64,000 nucleotides of DNA, taken from assembly GCF_009914755.1 (NCBI RefSeq), contig NC_060935.1, one strand, 5' to 3'. Origin of the DNA: the human T2T-CHM13v2.0 reference genome, Homo sapiens. A model generated the notes under the pieces. It made no database searches and was not told where the DNA came from. It saw only the letters and a list, made by a program, of their open reading frames with translations. The stretch's first letter is position 1, and each line of letters starts with the position of its first letter. This document shows positions 31,050-42,157 of the stretch, one piece after another. Made by a program: the position numbers and the translations under genes.

Positions 31050-32030
31050 AATTTAATTTCTTTTTTAATTAAAAAAAATGAGTCAGAATGGAGATCACTG
31101 TTTCTCAGCTTTCCATTCAGAGGTGTGTTTCTCCCGGTTAAATTGCCGGCACGGGAAGGGAGGGGGTGCAGTTGGGGACCCCCGCAAGGACCGACTGGTC
31201 AAGGTAGGAAGGCAGCCCGAAGAGTCTCCAGGCTAGAAGGACAAGATGAAGGAAATGCTGGCCACCATCTTGGGCTGCTGCTGGAATTTTCGGGCATTTA
31301 TTTTATTTTATTTTTTGAGCGAGCGCATGCTAAGCTGAAATCCCTTTAACTTTTAGGGTTACCCCCTTGGGCATTTGCAACGACGCCCCTGTGCGCCGGA
31401 ATGAAACTTGCACAGGGGTTGTGTGCCCGGTCCTCCCCGTCCTTGCATGCTAAATTAGTTCTTGCAATTTACACGTGTTAATGAAAATGAAAGAAGATGC
31501 AGTCGCTGAGATTCTTTGGCCGTCTGTCCGCCCGTGGGTGCCCTCGTGGCGTTCTTGGAAATGCGCCCATTCTGCCGGCTTGGATATGGGGTGTCGCCGC
31601 GCCCCAGTCACCCCTTCTCGTGGTCTCCCCAGGCTGCGTGTGGCCTGCCGGCCTTCCTAGTTGTCCCCTACTGCAGAGCCACCTCCACCTCACCCCCTAA
31701 ATCCCGGGGGACCCACTCGAGGCGGACGGGGCCCCCTGCACCCCTCTTCCCTGGCGGGGAGAAAGGCTGCAGCGGGGCGATTTGCATTTCTATGAAAACC
31801 GGACTACAGGGGCAACTCCGCCGCAGGGCAGGCGCGGCGCCTCAGGGATGGCTTTTGGGCTCTGCCCCTCGCTGCTCCCGGCGTTTGGCGCCCGCGCCCC
31901 CTCCCCCTGCGCCCGCCCCCGCCCCCCTCCCGCTCCCATTCTCTGCCGGGCTTTGATCTTTGCTTAACAACAGTAACGTCACACGGACTACAGGGGAGTT
32001 TTGTTGAAGTTGCAAAGTCCTGGAGCCTCC
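31050..32030 (+). promoter_or_regulatory. CCND1: CCND1 promoter (TATA-less)
   Basis: AP-1 TGAGTCA 31079-31085; kB-like GGGGACCCCC 31174-31183; E-box CACGTG 31472-31477; GAS TTCTTGGAA 31552-31560; Oct ATTTGCAT 31780-31787 abutting GAS TTCTATGAA 31788-31796; E2F TTTGGCGCC 31884-31892; GC boxes ~31911-31926; TCF/LEF CTTTGAT 31951-31957; CRE TAACGTCA 31974-31981; kB GGGGAGTTTT 31993-32002. These match the described cyclin D1 promoter elements. Confidence 0.92.
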
Positions 32031-32188
32031 AGAGGGCTGTCGGCGCAGTAGCAGCGAGCAGCAGAGTCCGCACGCTCCGGCGAGGGGCAGAAGAGCGCGA
32101 GGGAGCGCGGGGCAGCAGAAGCGAGAGCCGAGCGCGGACCCAGCCAGGACCCACAGCCCTCCCCAGCTGCCCAGGAAGAGCCCCAGCC

Positions 32189-32386
32189 ATGGAACACCAG
32201 CTCCTGTGCTGCGAAGTGGAAACCATCCGCCGCGCGTACCCCGATGCCAACCTCCTCAACGACCGGGTGCTGCGGGCCATGCTGAAGGCGGAGGAGACCT
32301 GCGCGCCCTCGGTGTCCTACTTCAAATGTGTGCAGAAGGAGGTCCTGCCGTCCATGCGGAAGATCGTCGCCACCTGGATGCTGGAG
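32189..32386 (+). CDS. CCND1: Cyclin D1 coding exon 1
   Basis: Strong Kozak gccATGG; [19 protein letters not shown]...ATWMLE with the LxCxE Rb-binding motif; donor GAG|gtgcgg; 198 nt. Confidence 0.99.
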
Positions 32387-33905
32387 GTGCGGGGCTTCGG
32401 GCGGCTCTCTTAAGACTTCCCTGCAACTTGTTGCCCAGACCCACGTTTCTTTGCTACTCACCCCCCTCCCTTCTCTCCCGCTAGAACTTTGAAGTTTGCC
32501 GTGGTGTTTCTAGGGATCCGTATTTTCAAAATAAAAATTGCGGGTATTTTCTGAAGGAGGAAGGGGTGGGGGTGGGGGTGCTAGAAGTAGCGTTTCGTGG
32601 GAGGGGAGAAGGGGGTCCGGGAGGGGTGCCTTCGGGAGAAGCCAGTGCCAGGGGCACCCCAATGGGCCCGAGGGTGCGGGCTGGCAGGCTGGGTGCGCTT
32701 TGTGTCCCCCGCCTGCGCCCCAGCCCGGCTGCGCCTCAGCGGCCGGGAGCCGCCAACTCCGGGGGGAGGGGGCATAGATTTGATTTTTAAATTAATATCC
32801 ATGGACACGTATGCAAGGGCCGCTCGTGCCAGTATTATGCGCCATCTTTGCTCTTTTATTGCAAAGCAAAAGTGTTTATTAATAATTGGGGGCAGGGTGG
32901 GGGCGGGGAGCGGCCGCCGGGCGCTGGGGCCGCAGCTAAGGGCCGCGCGGCTGCCGGGAGCCCGCGGGAGGGGCGCAGGGACGCGGCATGGGTAGTTTTG
33001 GGGGGACCCCGCTAGGGAAGGGGGGGCCTTTGTTCAAGCAGCGAGTCCCGGGGCGCCCCGAACGGGCAGCCTGGGCCGGAGAGCACGGCGAGCTGCAAGG
33101 TCGCGTGGCCCCCAAGACGCCAGGGCTTGATCCCCGTCTGCAGGGATATCGGCTTGGAGGACCTTCTCCGAGCGAGCCGGGGGCCTGGGAGCACATTTTC
33201 AGACCTTCGGTGGGCGCCTGAGGGGCCCGCAAGTATTTTAAAATAATTTTTGAAAGTGCGGCGTGGTGCCCTTGCGAGAGGGAAACGCCGCCCGCGCCCA
33301 GGGGGAAGGGGGGGCCCCGGAGTTTGAATTCCTGGGGCTCCCCCCGGAGCCTGTAACGAACTCCCAACCCCCGGCCTGGGTAAAGGGTCGCCCGAGGGTC
33401 ATTTTCAGGGTTTTTTTATGCACTTAGTTATTTTTTTAATATTTTTAAATATTTTTTGAAAAGATGACGTCTGGGGAAATGCGGCGCGGCGGCCTGGGAC
33501 GCCACCTTTGTGTCTCGCAGGCGCGGCGCCCAACCCCGCGGCCCGTTCCGCGGCCCCGCACCCCAGTTGGTGTCGACCCCCAGTCAGAGGGACCACGGAG
33601 CTCCAGGGCGGGCCAGGGTCCCGGGGGCCGGCAGCCCGCGCCGCCGCGCACGCCGCCCAGCTGTGCCCGCTCCCGCCCCCACCGTGCCAGCCTCGCGGGG
33701 ACTTTCCCTTTCAGTTTCGGGGAGGGTGGGTACTGGGGACGCGCGGGGGAGGGGGCGCATCACGGGAAGCTCCTGCCGCCCCCAGCCCCGACCCCTCGGC
33801 GCCCTCCAGACCTGGCGGCCCTGCCAAGCGCGATGGGGGGTGCGGGGGCGTGCGGGGGGGCGGCGCGACCTGGCGGCGGCGGTCACGGGCCCCGTGCCTC
33901 CGTAG

Positions 33906-34121
33906 GTCTGCGAGGAACAGAAGTGCGAGGAGGAGGTCTTCCCGCTGGCCATGAACTACCTGGACCGCTTCCTGTCGCTGGAGCCCGTGAAAAAGAGCCG
34001 CCTGCAGCTGCTGGGGGCCACTTGCATGTTCGTGGCCTCTAAGATGAAGGAGACCATCCCCCTGACGGCCGAGAAGCTGTGCATCTACACCGACAACTCC
34101 ATCCGGCCCGAGGAGCTGCTG
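33906..34121 (+). CDS. CCND1: Cyclin D1 coding exon 2 (cyclin box)
   Basis: Acceptor cgtag|; [24 protein letters not shown]...[14 protein letters not shown]...RPEELL; donor |gtaacc; 216 nt. Confidence 0.99.
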
Positions 34122-34706
34122 GTAACCACTGGACCCCGCCGCCCCCCGCCCCCCGCGAGCCGCACGCAGGACCACGGGGCCGGGGAAGGTGCAGGCGGTG
34201 GCGGCCGGCCCGCCTCTGACATATCTGCTCCTCCGAGGGAGGGCGGCCCCGCCGCCGGGCGTCCCTGTCCGGGGAGCGGGCGGGATCCTAGCCGCCCTCG
34301 TCCCGCCGCCCTGTGTGCGCTTGCCTGCGACTCCCACCGCGTTCGCGCCCCGCGGTGTGGCCGAAAAGTGGGCGGCGCGCGCCCTCCAGCGGCTGCACGA
34401 GGAGCGCCGCGCTCGGCGCTGAGCCTCCAGTTCCAGGTGGTGGGAGGTCTTTTTGTTTCCACTTGCAGAGTCTTTTCACGCGGCGGGCGCCTTTTCTGTT
34501 TTGATCTGGGATTGCGTGTTGCCCCAGCTCCCTTGAGTCCCCAGCATTCGCCAGCCCTCCCCTCCAACATCCAGGACCGCACGAGACGCAGGGGCCAGTG
34601 CTCTGAGCCGGAGGTGCGGCGTGGCCCGGCCCCCGTGCTGCCGGCTTCCCCGCGCCCCCGGGCTGGCCCGCACCTCCCCTGATGGCCGCTCACCCTGTGT
34701 TCGCAG

Positions 34707-34866
34707 CAAATGGAGCTGCTCCTGGTGAACAAGCTCAAGTGGAACCTGGCCGCAATGACCCCGCACGATTTCATTGAACACTTCCTCTCCAAAATGCCAG
34801 AGGCGGAGGAGAACAAACAGATCATCCGCAAACACGCGCAGACCTTCGTTGCCCTCTGTGCCACAG
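34707..34866 (+). CDS. CCND1: Cyclin D1 coding exon 3
   Basis: Acceptor tcgcag|; [22 protein letters not shown]...FVALCAT; donor |gtaggg; 160 nt. Confidence 0.99.
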
Positions 34867-37800
34867 GTAGGGCAGGCCCGGCAGCCCCCGGCCTCCCCTT
34901 GAGAGCCGGCTCCTTAGGTGACCCTGGCCGGCTTCTTGCTCTCCACCTGGGTGCTGTCTGGGAAGATGTCCCCAGACCCCCTCCTGCGCTGGAGAGCGCT
35001 CTTCCAGCTCTGGTGAGCAGAGGCCCTGGATTGTTTGTCGCGCTGGATGGAGGGAGATTTGCTCCCTCACGGCCACCATGCAGTACCTTGGGCATTGGTG
35101 TGGACGGCTCAGCCTGCCTGTGTCCCGTTACTCTGGCCTCGTCCTTCAGGCCAGGCAGCCTGTGGCCACTCCATGCTGAAAGGGGTTTACCTTGGCCACA
35201 GGGCCGCCTCCTTTCTCCACCCACCTCCAGCCCTTCTTGTGTCCTTAAGGAGCCTGAGCTGCAGAGGCCCCCTCCTGGCCTCTCCCAGGCTGGGCCACCT
35301 GCCAGAGGCGCCTCCAGGGGCGGGGAGAGCTGTCGGCCTGCCTGCACCACGTGCTCTGGGCAGCCGAGTGCAGGGGTGTCCAGCAGAGGAGCTCGGCTGC
35401 CTGAGGCCCTGCCAGGGGTGCCGGCAGCCAGCCGGGCTCAGCTGAGCCCTGAGGGGGCGCTTCAGAGCACTCTCAGCTTGGGCCGCCACCGTGGGCAGCA
35501 GAAGCACCCAGTCCTCACTTCCCCTGGCATGGCCCCAGAGGCCCCTCCCTGACATGGCCTTGGCCCCAGAACCCAGTGGGGACAGACTCGCACATACACA
35601 GGGTGCCGCCTCCTGCTGTCCCCAGCCCTGCCTCTGACCCCCCTGTGACCGCCTCCTTCCCTGGCCCAGGAGGCCTGGTTACCTTCATGGGGGAGCATGG
35701 CCCCATCCCACCCAGCTCTGCTGTGGCCCACCTTTGGTCAAGCCTCAGTTGTCACATCTGTTTGGGGGCTCACTCTGGGTGACCTAGGCCACAAGGCCCA
35801 CGGGGCATCAAAGAGGCAGTAGCATCTTCTCCCCTCCCCAGAGGGCAGAGCCCCCCAAGCCTACTTCAGAGCTCCCTTCTGACACCGGTAGCCCGCAGCC
35901 GGTATTCCAGAATGGGTTCTGGTTTAGGCGTGAGGCCTCCCCCACCTCCTCCACCTGCTTGGGGCATGAACCCCTCCCCCACGTTTCCAAGCGAGTCCCC
36001 AAGGTGGGCAGATGAAGATGCCAAGGATGTCGACCAGTCTGGATGGGTCTGGGGTGGGGGGGCATGCGGCAGACAGGGAGGCATTCTCTGGCTGGTGCTC
36101 CTCAGAGGAGAGAGGCCTCCGGAGACTCCAGACAGCCTTTTATGGAGCTGAAAGTGGCTTCAGAGAAATGCAAAGTTTCCTGGAGAGAACGTGGGGCGTG
36201 GTTCTTGCACAGCCTCCCTACAGGGTGGCTCCAGCAGTGGAGCTCCCCTCCCAGGACCCCTGGGTGCTAGTGGGAGGCAGTGGGCAGGTGCAGATTCTCG
36301 TCCTTCCCACTACTGCACACCCTTTGTCTGCGAAGGCGCCCCCAGCGGTGGGTGAAGGAGGAGGGACACTTGGGGACCCAGCTGTGCACGTGCTCTCAGT
36401 GACTGTGGAGTCCACTCCAGGGTGGGTCCCGAGGGAGGGGCAGGAGACCAGGGGACCCACCCCTGCAAAGTGCTCCGGGTCCTGACCCGTGGCCACCCCA
36501 TGGAACGTAACTGAGCAGCCAGTGCCTTGTTCCTGCTGGACATCTGTGGAGACAAGAGTGACTTACGGCTGCTTAAAGTCAGAAACAGGTTGAAGGAGGT
36601 GGAGGCGTGGGAAAGAGTCTAGGAAGGTGTTTTTGCCCTCCACGTGGCAAAGGTTACATTTAAAGGTGATGCTGGGTGTTCTCCCTGCACTAGGCATTCC
36701 TGGCCCCAGGTCCCCAGCAGGTGTGCACATGCTGCATACACTCACGCATGGGGGTTTCAGGGCAGGTGCGCCCTTGGCTCCGTGGGAGGCCAGGTGAGGA
36801 ACGTCCAGTGCCAAGGAGCTTCCGGGACAGCTGTCACTTCCCTTTACAACCAGGCAGCGGATAGGGTCAAATCCTGGAGCTTTGGTGTCTAATTCTGGGT
36901 GGCTCCTAATCTAAGCACAGACAGCACCACACACTGGGGTGGGGGCACGAGCTTCTGAAACAACGTGGCCCCAGTGACTCCACGCTGTGTGTGCCCCTGG
37001 AGACGGGGGGGTGCACAAGGTGCGGAGCCAGCTAGAACCTGTCGCTCCCTGCAGAAGCGGTTTCTGTGTGCGGTTCTGATTTGCCTCAATGAGAAGGTTT
37101 TCATTCATGGCTCCCGGCTCTCAGACTGGGTGGAACTGCTCCCATTTAAAGGGGAAAAGAGGTGGCTCGGCTCGTTAAGGATTTCTTTTTCTAAGTTGTT
37201 ACGGCGCCCAGCAGCCGGCTTTGTCTCCCCTTCAGGGTGGCTGCCTTTCTTCCCGGCCCCTCGCCGGCGGCCCTCTCTTTAACAAGGCCGAAGTTGTTTA
37301 TTCTCTCGGGATGAAGTCTCGGATGGGCCGCCACACCCCTGGCGGCCCGTGGGGGCCCCTCTCCCTTTGTGCCTGGGTCGGCTCCCATTCAGCTCCCCCG
37401 ACCCCCCTTGTTCCCGGGCGCTCAGTGGCGCGAGATGAGGCGATGGGGCCGACAAAGATGCCACACTCATCCCTGCCGACGTCCGGCTCCCAGCCCAGGG
37501 CCCCTGGTTCCTGTGCAGAATTCCTCGTGGGTGTGACAAAAGGCTGCCCCCAGGCTCCGCTGGGGTGGGGGCCAGGCCAAGAGGCACATCCCACACTGGC
37601 CCACCTGTCCACGGTAGGCGCATGACTGCCCTGAGGAGGGGAGGCCGGCATTCCCCGCCACAAACCAGGACGTAATTGGTGGCAGGGCTCTCTGTGGAAA
37701 GAGCCAGTCTGCTGTTTGTCTAGGAGGTCAGTCACAGAGGCCCCGAGACGCCCACTACTGCAGCCTGGCAGGCGGATGAGCCCAGTATCTGGCAGTGACC

Positions 37801-38868
37801 AGAGGGAGTTTTGTGCAGACCACAAAGGCTGATGGGCCGCCCTAGATTGGTGTCCCTCTTGGAAGTGGGCCCAGATGTGCGGGACAGTCCCCAGGAAGCC
37901 CCAGGTGAGGGCACTGGTGCCCTCTTGGGAAAGCTGCTCCCTCCTGGGGCCCGGCTCCCGGCCCAGTCCTCCAGGGGTGTCCCATGGTGACTGGTGCTAG
38001 GAACCCCACACCTCTTCCCTTACTTGGGAAGTCACTGGAATTGTTGGGCTACATCAGACGGCCCAGAAAAGTGTTTTTGTCATCGGCCAGAAATAGGAGA
38101 GTTGTGAGTAGAGGGCCCGGGTGGAGTTGGGGTGTACTTGGTCTGTGCTCTGAAGGTCACTGTGACAGTCATGGTCCCATGGTAAGGGGCATGGGTTGCT
38201 GGAAGAGCTCTTCCTTCCCGAGTGAGCCAAGCCGGGCTCTCCTGGCGCCAGGGCCTGAGCCGCAGCCACACCACAGCCGCCCTGAAGGCTGCCGGCCAGG
38301 GCTTACCCCTCAAGGGACACGGAATGGCTTCATCAGTACCCTGCAGCCCCGTGGCCTGGCCCGGGTGGAGGCCTAGGCTTCAGCCATGCGATGTCCCTTC
38401 AGAATATGACTTGTCTGCAATCCCTGCTGCTGGGGGGTGGCAGGTACTTGGGGTGAGGGTTAGGGTCATAGAAGCGACATCTCTACGTCCTCATATTTGC
38501 GTCATCTAATTTTGTTTTTGTGAATACGTGATAACATTCACAAGGCTCAAGATGCTAAAAGGATGAGAAGGCAGTGATGTCCCCATCACCTGTCCTGTGT
38601 CTTCCCGTGGCTTTCTCTTTCCTTGGTTATGTTTGAGTCAACAGTGGGGCTGACGTTCCAGGAGGGTCCGTGGGCCAGGCTCTTGCTCTCCGAGTGCCCA
38701 GGGATGGCTGGAGGCTGAGGAGGGCCTGGATGTGGAGCCTCAGATACCGAGTGCTTCCCTTCAGGCCGGGCCGCTTGCTCAGAGCCAGCACACAGGGATG
38801 CCCGGATCACGGGGGCCCTGAGAGGGTCCCCTGCTCACAGCCTCCTTCCCTCTCTCCTTCTGCCTCAG

Positions 38869-39017
38869 ATGTGAAGTTCATTTCCAATCCGCCCTCCATG
38901 GTGGCAGCGGGGAGCGTGGTGGCCGCAGTGCAAGGCCTGAACCTGAGGAGCCCCAACAACTTCCTGTCCTACTACCGCCTCACACGCTTCCTCTCCAGAG
39001 TGATCAAGTGTGACCCG
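38869..39017 (+). CDS. CCND1: Cyclin D1 coding exon 4
   Basis: Polypyrimidine tract plus ctcag|; [17 protein letters not shown]...VIKCDP; donor CCG|gtaagt; 149 nt. Confidence 0.99.
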
Positions 39018-39119
39018 GTAAGTGAGGGTGATGTCCCAGGCAGCCTTGCCGGGGCTTACAGGGGGAGACACCTAGTGCCACGGAAATGCCGAGGCTGGTG
39101 CCAAGGCCCCCAAGGGTGA
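39018..39119 (+). CDS. CCND1: Cyclin D1b alternative C-terminus (intron-4 read-through)
   Basis: Exon 4 frame continues 33 codons [33 protein letters not shown] (ORF track 38670-39119), matching the known D1b isoform. Confidence 0.9.
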   Translation, partial: VSEGDVPGSLAGAYRGRHLVPRKCRGWCQGPQG

Positions 39120-39385
39120 CAAGGTTGGGGCTGGGGCTGGGCCCCTCGGACCCCAGGCCACAGACTGACAGGGCACCGGCTTCTTCCACTGCTCCTAGAA
39201 CTTACTGACTGGCTGGGAGGTCCTCACAGCCTTCTCACGTCCCCTGGGGCTTCCAGGAGCCGTAGAGTTTCTGGGCGAAGCGTCCGGGACGGAGGCCCCA
39301 GGCGGCCCCAGCCAATGGTCTGTGTGGTGATGGTGTGTGGGGTTAGGCCCAGGCGAGCTTTGTTTGGGCCACAATGTGCGTGGCC

Positions 39386-39391
39386 AATAAA
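39386..39391 (+). terminator. CCND1: Intronic poly(A) signal candidate for the cyclin D1b transcript
   Basis: AATAAA ~270 nt after the D1b stop; an ATTAAA also occurs at 39567-39572. Confidence 0.6.
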
Positions 39392-41992
39392 TAGATGCTT
39401 GAAAAGGGCTCCTGTGAGGTCCGAGACACCGGACAACGGGCGGATAGAGACAGCCTTGTTGTTTACGGCCTCTTTGAGAGGCTGCTGCTGTTAAACCCTG
39501 GGATGACTGTGTCTTTCTTCTTAAAAATGCCATTGTTTTATTCCCGAGTCTTTTCTTAAAGAAAGAATTAAAATGACAATCAAAAGGGTTTGTGGCATTT
39601 ACCAAATTAGACCAGAGAGGTGGCCGGGTCAGCCGCCGGCCCCGCGGTGTGTGAGGGAGTGACCGCCTGACCCCAGCTTGGGGCTGGGTGGGCCTGCAAG
39701 ACCCGTTTTGGCTCTGGCCTGGGCCGCCTCTTGGTGGTCTGCCCTCGAGCCTCCCGGGGACTCCGCACGGGTCTCAGCAGATGCTATCTAGGGTCCACCT
39801 GCCTGTCCCCTGCCTAGTGGTGCCTCTGTCCCGGGGACACTGGGAGTAGCGGCTGCCCAGCCCATGTGTGTCTCGGAAGAGGAAGAAGCTTTTTTGCCGT
39901 GGGACACCGAAGTTGGCAGGGGCCTCCCTTCTGTGTTCTCGGCCATGGCCTCCCTTGCACCCTGCCCCGTGTTATCCTTTGGGGGTGGTGAGGTGTCCTC
40001 ACCCGCTGTAGGGTGGAGGCCAGCAGCCCGCAGCTCTCTCAGGAAAATGGCTCAGAAACACCATCGAGGCCTCCAGAAGCCCAGCAAAGAGAAAGCCCCT
40101 CCATCAAAATGAAACTCGCGTCTGCACTTTTCATTTCGAACTCCACGCCCTGAGTGAAAACCGCTTCCCCGCCAGGGGTGACTGCCCTGGGATGTTGCTG
40201 TCTTCGGGCAGTTGTGGGAAGTTGGGCGCTGGCCCTTATTTGAGTAGAGACCATCTTAACTAGATTGGAGGCACACGTCTCACAGCTGACAGACACACGG
40301 GGTGAAGTTACCCGAGGCGGAGTCCACTCTGCCTGATCAGCTAGTGACCAACGTAGCTGAGCCCAGACTCAGAAAAACCGTCCACAGCAGAGGCCCCTGC
40401 ATTTTCTAGGGCGTGTTCTAGAATTTTCTTTGGTGGGTGGAATGTCCATCTGTGCAAATCGGGTGCGCAGTGCCACACACCAGTGACTTTTCGCGGAGGA
40501 GCGTGCTGCCTTTTTGGAGCTTCTGGCTGTGGGAGAACAGCTTTGTCCACCGGGGTAGCCTTGCAGGCAGCTGTGGGGCCAGAGGAATGAAGGAAGGTCC
40601 TGGAGTCTAGCTGCATGTGTGACCCTGGAGTGGGTCATGGGCGAGGGACGGGCCGCAGGTGAAGAATCCCTGGATGGAGCTGCCAGGCCCCTGGGGCTGA
40701 GAATTGAAGCTGGCTGGTGTTTTAGGTTGAACGTCAGGAGTCTTGTATCTCACCCCAGGCCTCTGGCCTCAGTTTCCCCATCTGTACAGTGGGACTGTTT
40801 GTGCAGCCAGCCCGGCCAGCTTCATTTGCCATGATGAGAATTTATCTGAGGGGCGGGAGAGGAAAGCCCTCCCTATAAAGGTACAGGCGCTAAAATGTCG
40901 TGACCTCAGTGGTCCACCTAAAAGTCGTTCTGGCCTGGGTCATCGCCTGTCGTGCTATGCCTTTGTCCAGCCCCTTCTGGTTGGGAGTTAAGTGGCACCT
41001 GTGCGGCACGTGGTGGGGCTGTGGCCCAGCCCTGCTCCTTGTGGAAGGTCTGTTTCCTGGGCTGCCTAGAGACTTGGCTTGAAGCCCTAGCGTGGCTTCC
41101 TGGCAGTTGGGACACACACAGCCCCAACACATGGAGCCGGTTCTCCATCCAGAAGCCCCCGGGCAGTAAGCAGCCACTTCAGGCTGCGTGGGACTTGCCC
41201 GTGGTGGAGCCTAGGAGAGGCCCCTGGCTGGGCGTGGCGTTCCAGATTTCACGGCTGCTCTTTCCCACTGACAGTGTGGTGTGGACGCTGCCAAGGGAGT
41301 CTGGAGCCCCAGAGGGTGGAGGTGCAGGACTTCCAGGAGCGTCCGTCGCACTCCACCCGAGGGCGAGCACCTCAGTGGCCGCAGTGGGTGGATGCATGCT
41401 GTGCCAGGCTGATGGCTGGCCCCGGGGCACAGGCCTGAGCGGGAGAGGATGGAGGGGAGGGATCAATGGTCCAGGTCCCCCTGGCCACCCAGCATTCATC
41501 CTCAGTCATGCACGGCCCAAGGCTTCGACAGCCATTGATCATGGAAGGCCAGGTTCACCTCAAGGGCTGCCACATGGAGAGGTTAAGTCTGAAAAGGCTG
41601 AAAAGGCAGGGTTCAAAGGGCCTCCTGTCCAGATCAGATGGCACTGAATTCCCCAGGGAGCTGGCACGGCCAGTGGGAACAGGCGGTGAAGGCGCTGTTG
41701 GACATGGGGACGGGCAGGGGGTGTGCAGGGTGGGCGGGCAAGCATCTGGTGTCTTGTGGCTCCAGAGACCAGGTGGGAGGTGGAGGCATTTGGTCCTGAG
41801 TGTCCTGACAGGTGATGGCAGCTCCCACATCTCGCTCAGGTTCAGAGGAGGCAGCATGGGCCGAGGGACAGTTTTTGGCTTAGTCTTGCTCTTATAAAGG
41901 CTTCCGGGTCATGGCACCTGGGAAGGGGCCCTCGCTGCAGGCCCCTTCTAAGGACCCCCTCTTCCCACCTCTCCCCACCCTCTCTCTCTCAG

Positions 41993-42157
41993 GACTGCCT
42001 CCGGGCCTGCCAGGAGCAGATCGAAGCCCTGCTGGAGTCAAGCCTGCGCCAGGCCCAGCAGAACATGGACCCCAAGGCCGCCGAGGAGGAGGAAGAGGAG
42101 GAGGAGGAGGTGGACCTGGCTTGCACACCCACCGACGTGCGGGACGTGGACATCTGA
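41993..42157 (+). CDS. CCND1: Cyclin D1 coding exon 5 (to stop)
   Basis: Acceptor ctctcag|; [18 protein letters not shown]...[24 protein letters not shown]; TGA at 42155-42157; the T286/P287 phosphodegron codons at 42125-42130 are intact. Confidence 0.99.
   Translation, partial: DCLRACQEQIEALLESSLRQAQQNMDPKAAEEEEEEEEEVDLACTPTDVRDVDI

Larger units (their letters stand above)
31500..34700. promoter_or_regulatory. CpG island over the CCND1 promoter to exon 3
   Basis: Very high GC and CpG density by inspection. Confidence 0.9.

Noticed and set aside
34085-35350. 421-aa antisense ORF, plus other 150-280 aa ORFs in 27-42 kb
   Set aside because: Very GC-rich, stop-poor DNA; low-complexity Pro/Gly/Arg/Ala products with no recognisable domain; partly shadows CCND1 exons
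33951-35552. ORF-track extensions of exon 2 (243 aa) and exon 3 (280 aa) into introns
   Set aside because: Cyclin similarity stops exactly at canonical GT donors; the remainder is GC-rich intron
32189-42157. Possible coding alteration in CCND1
   Set aside because: The spliced translation agrees with the cyclin D1 sequence as I know it; frame, length (295 aa) and T286/P287 are intact
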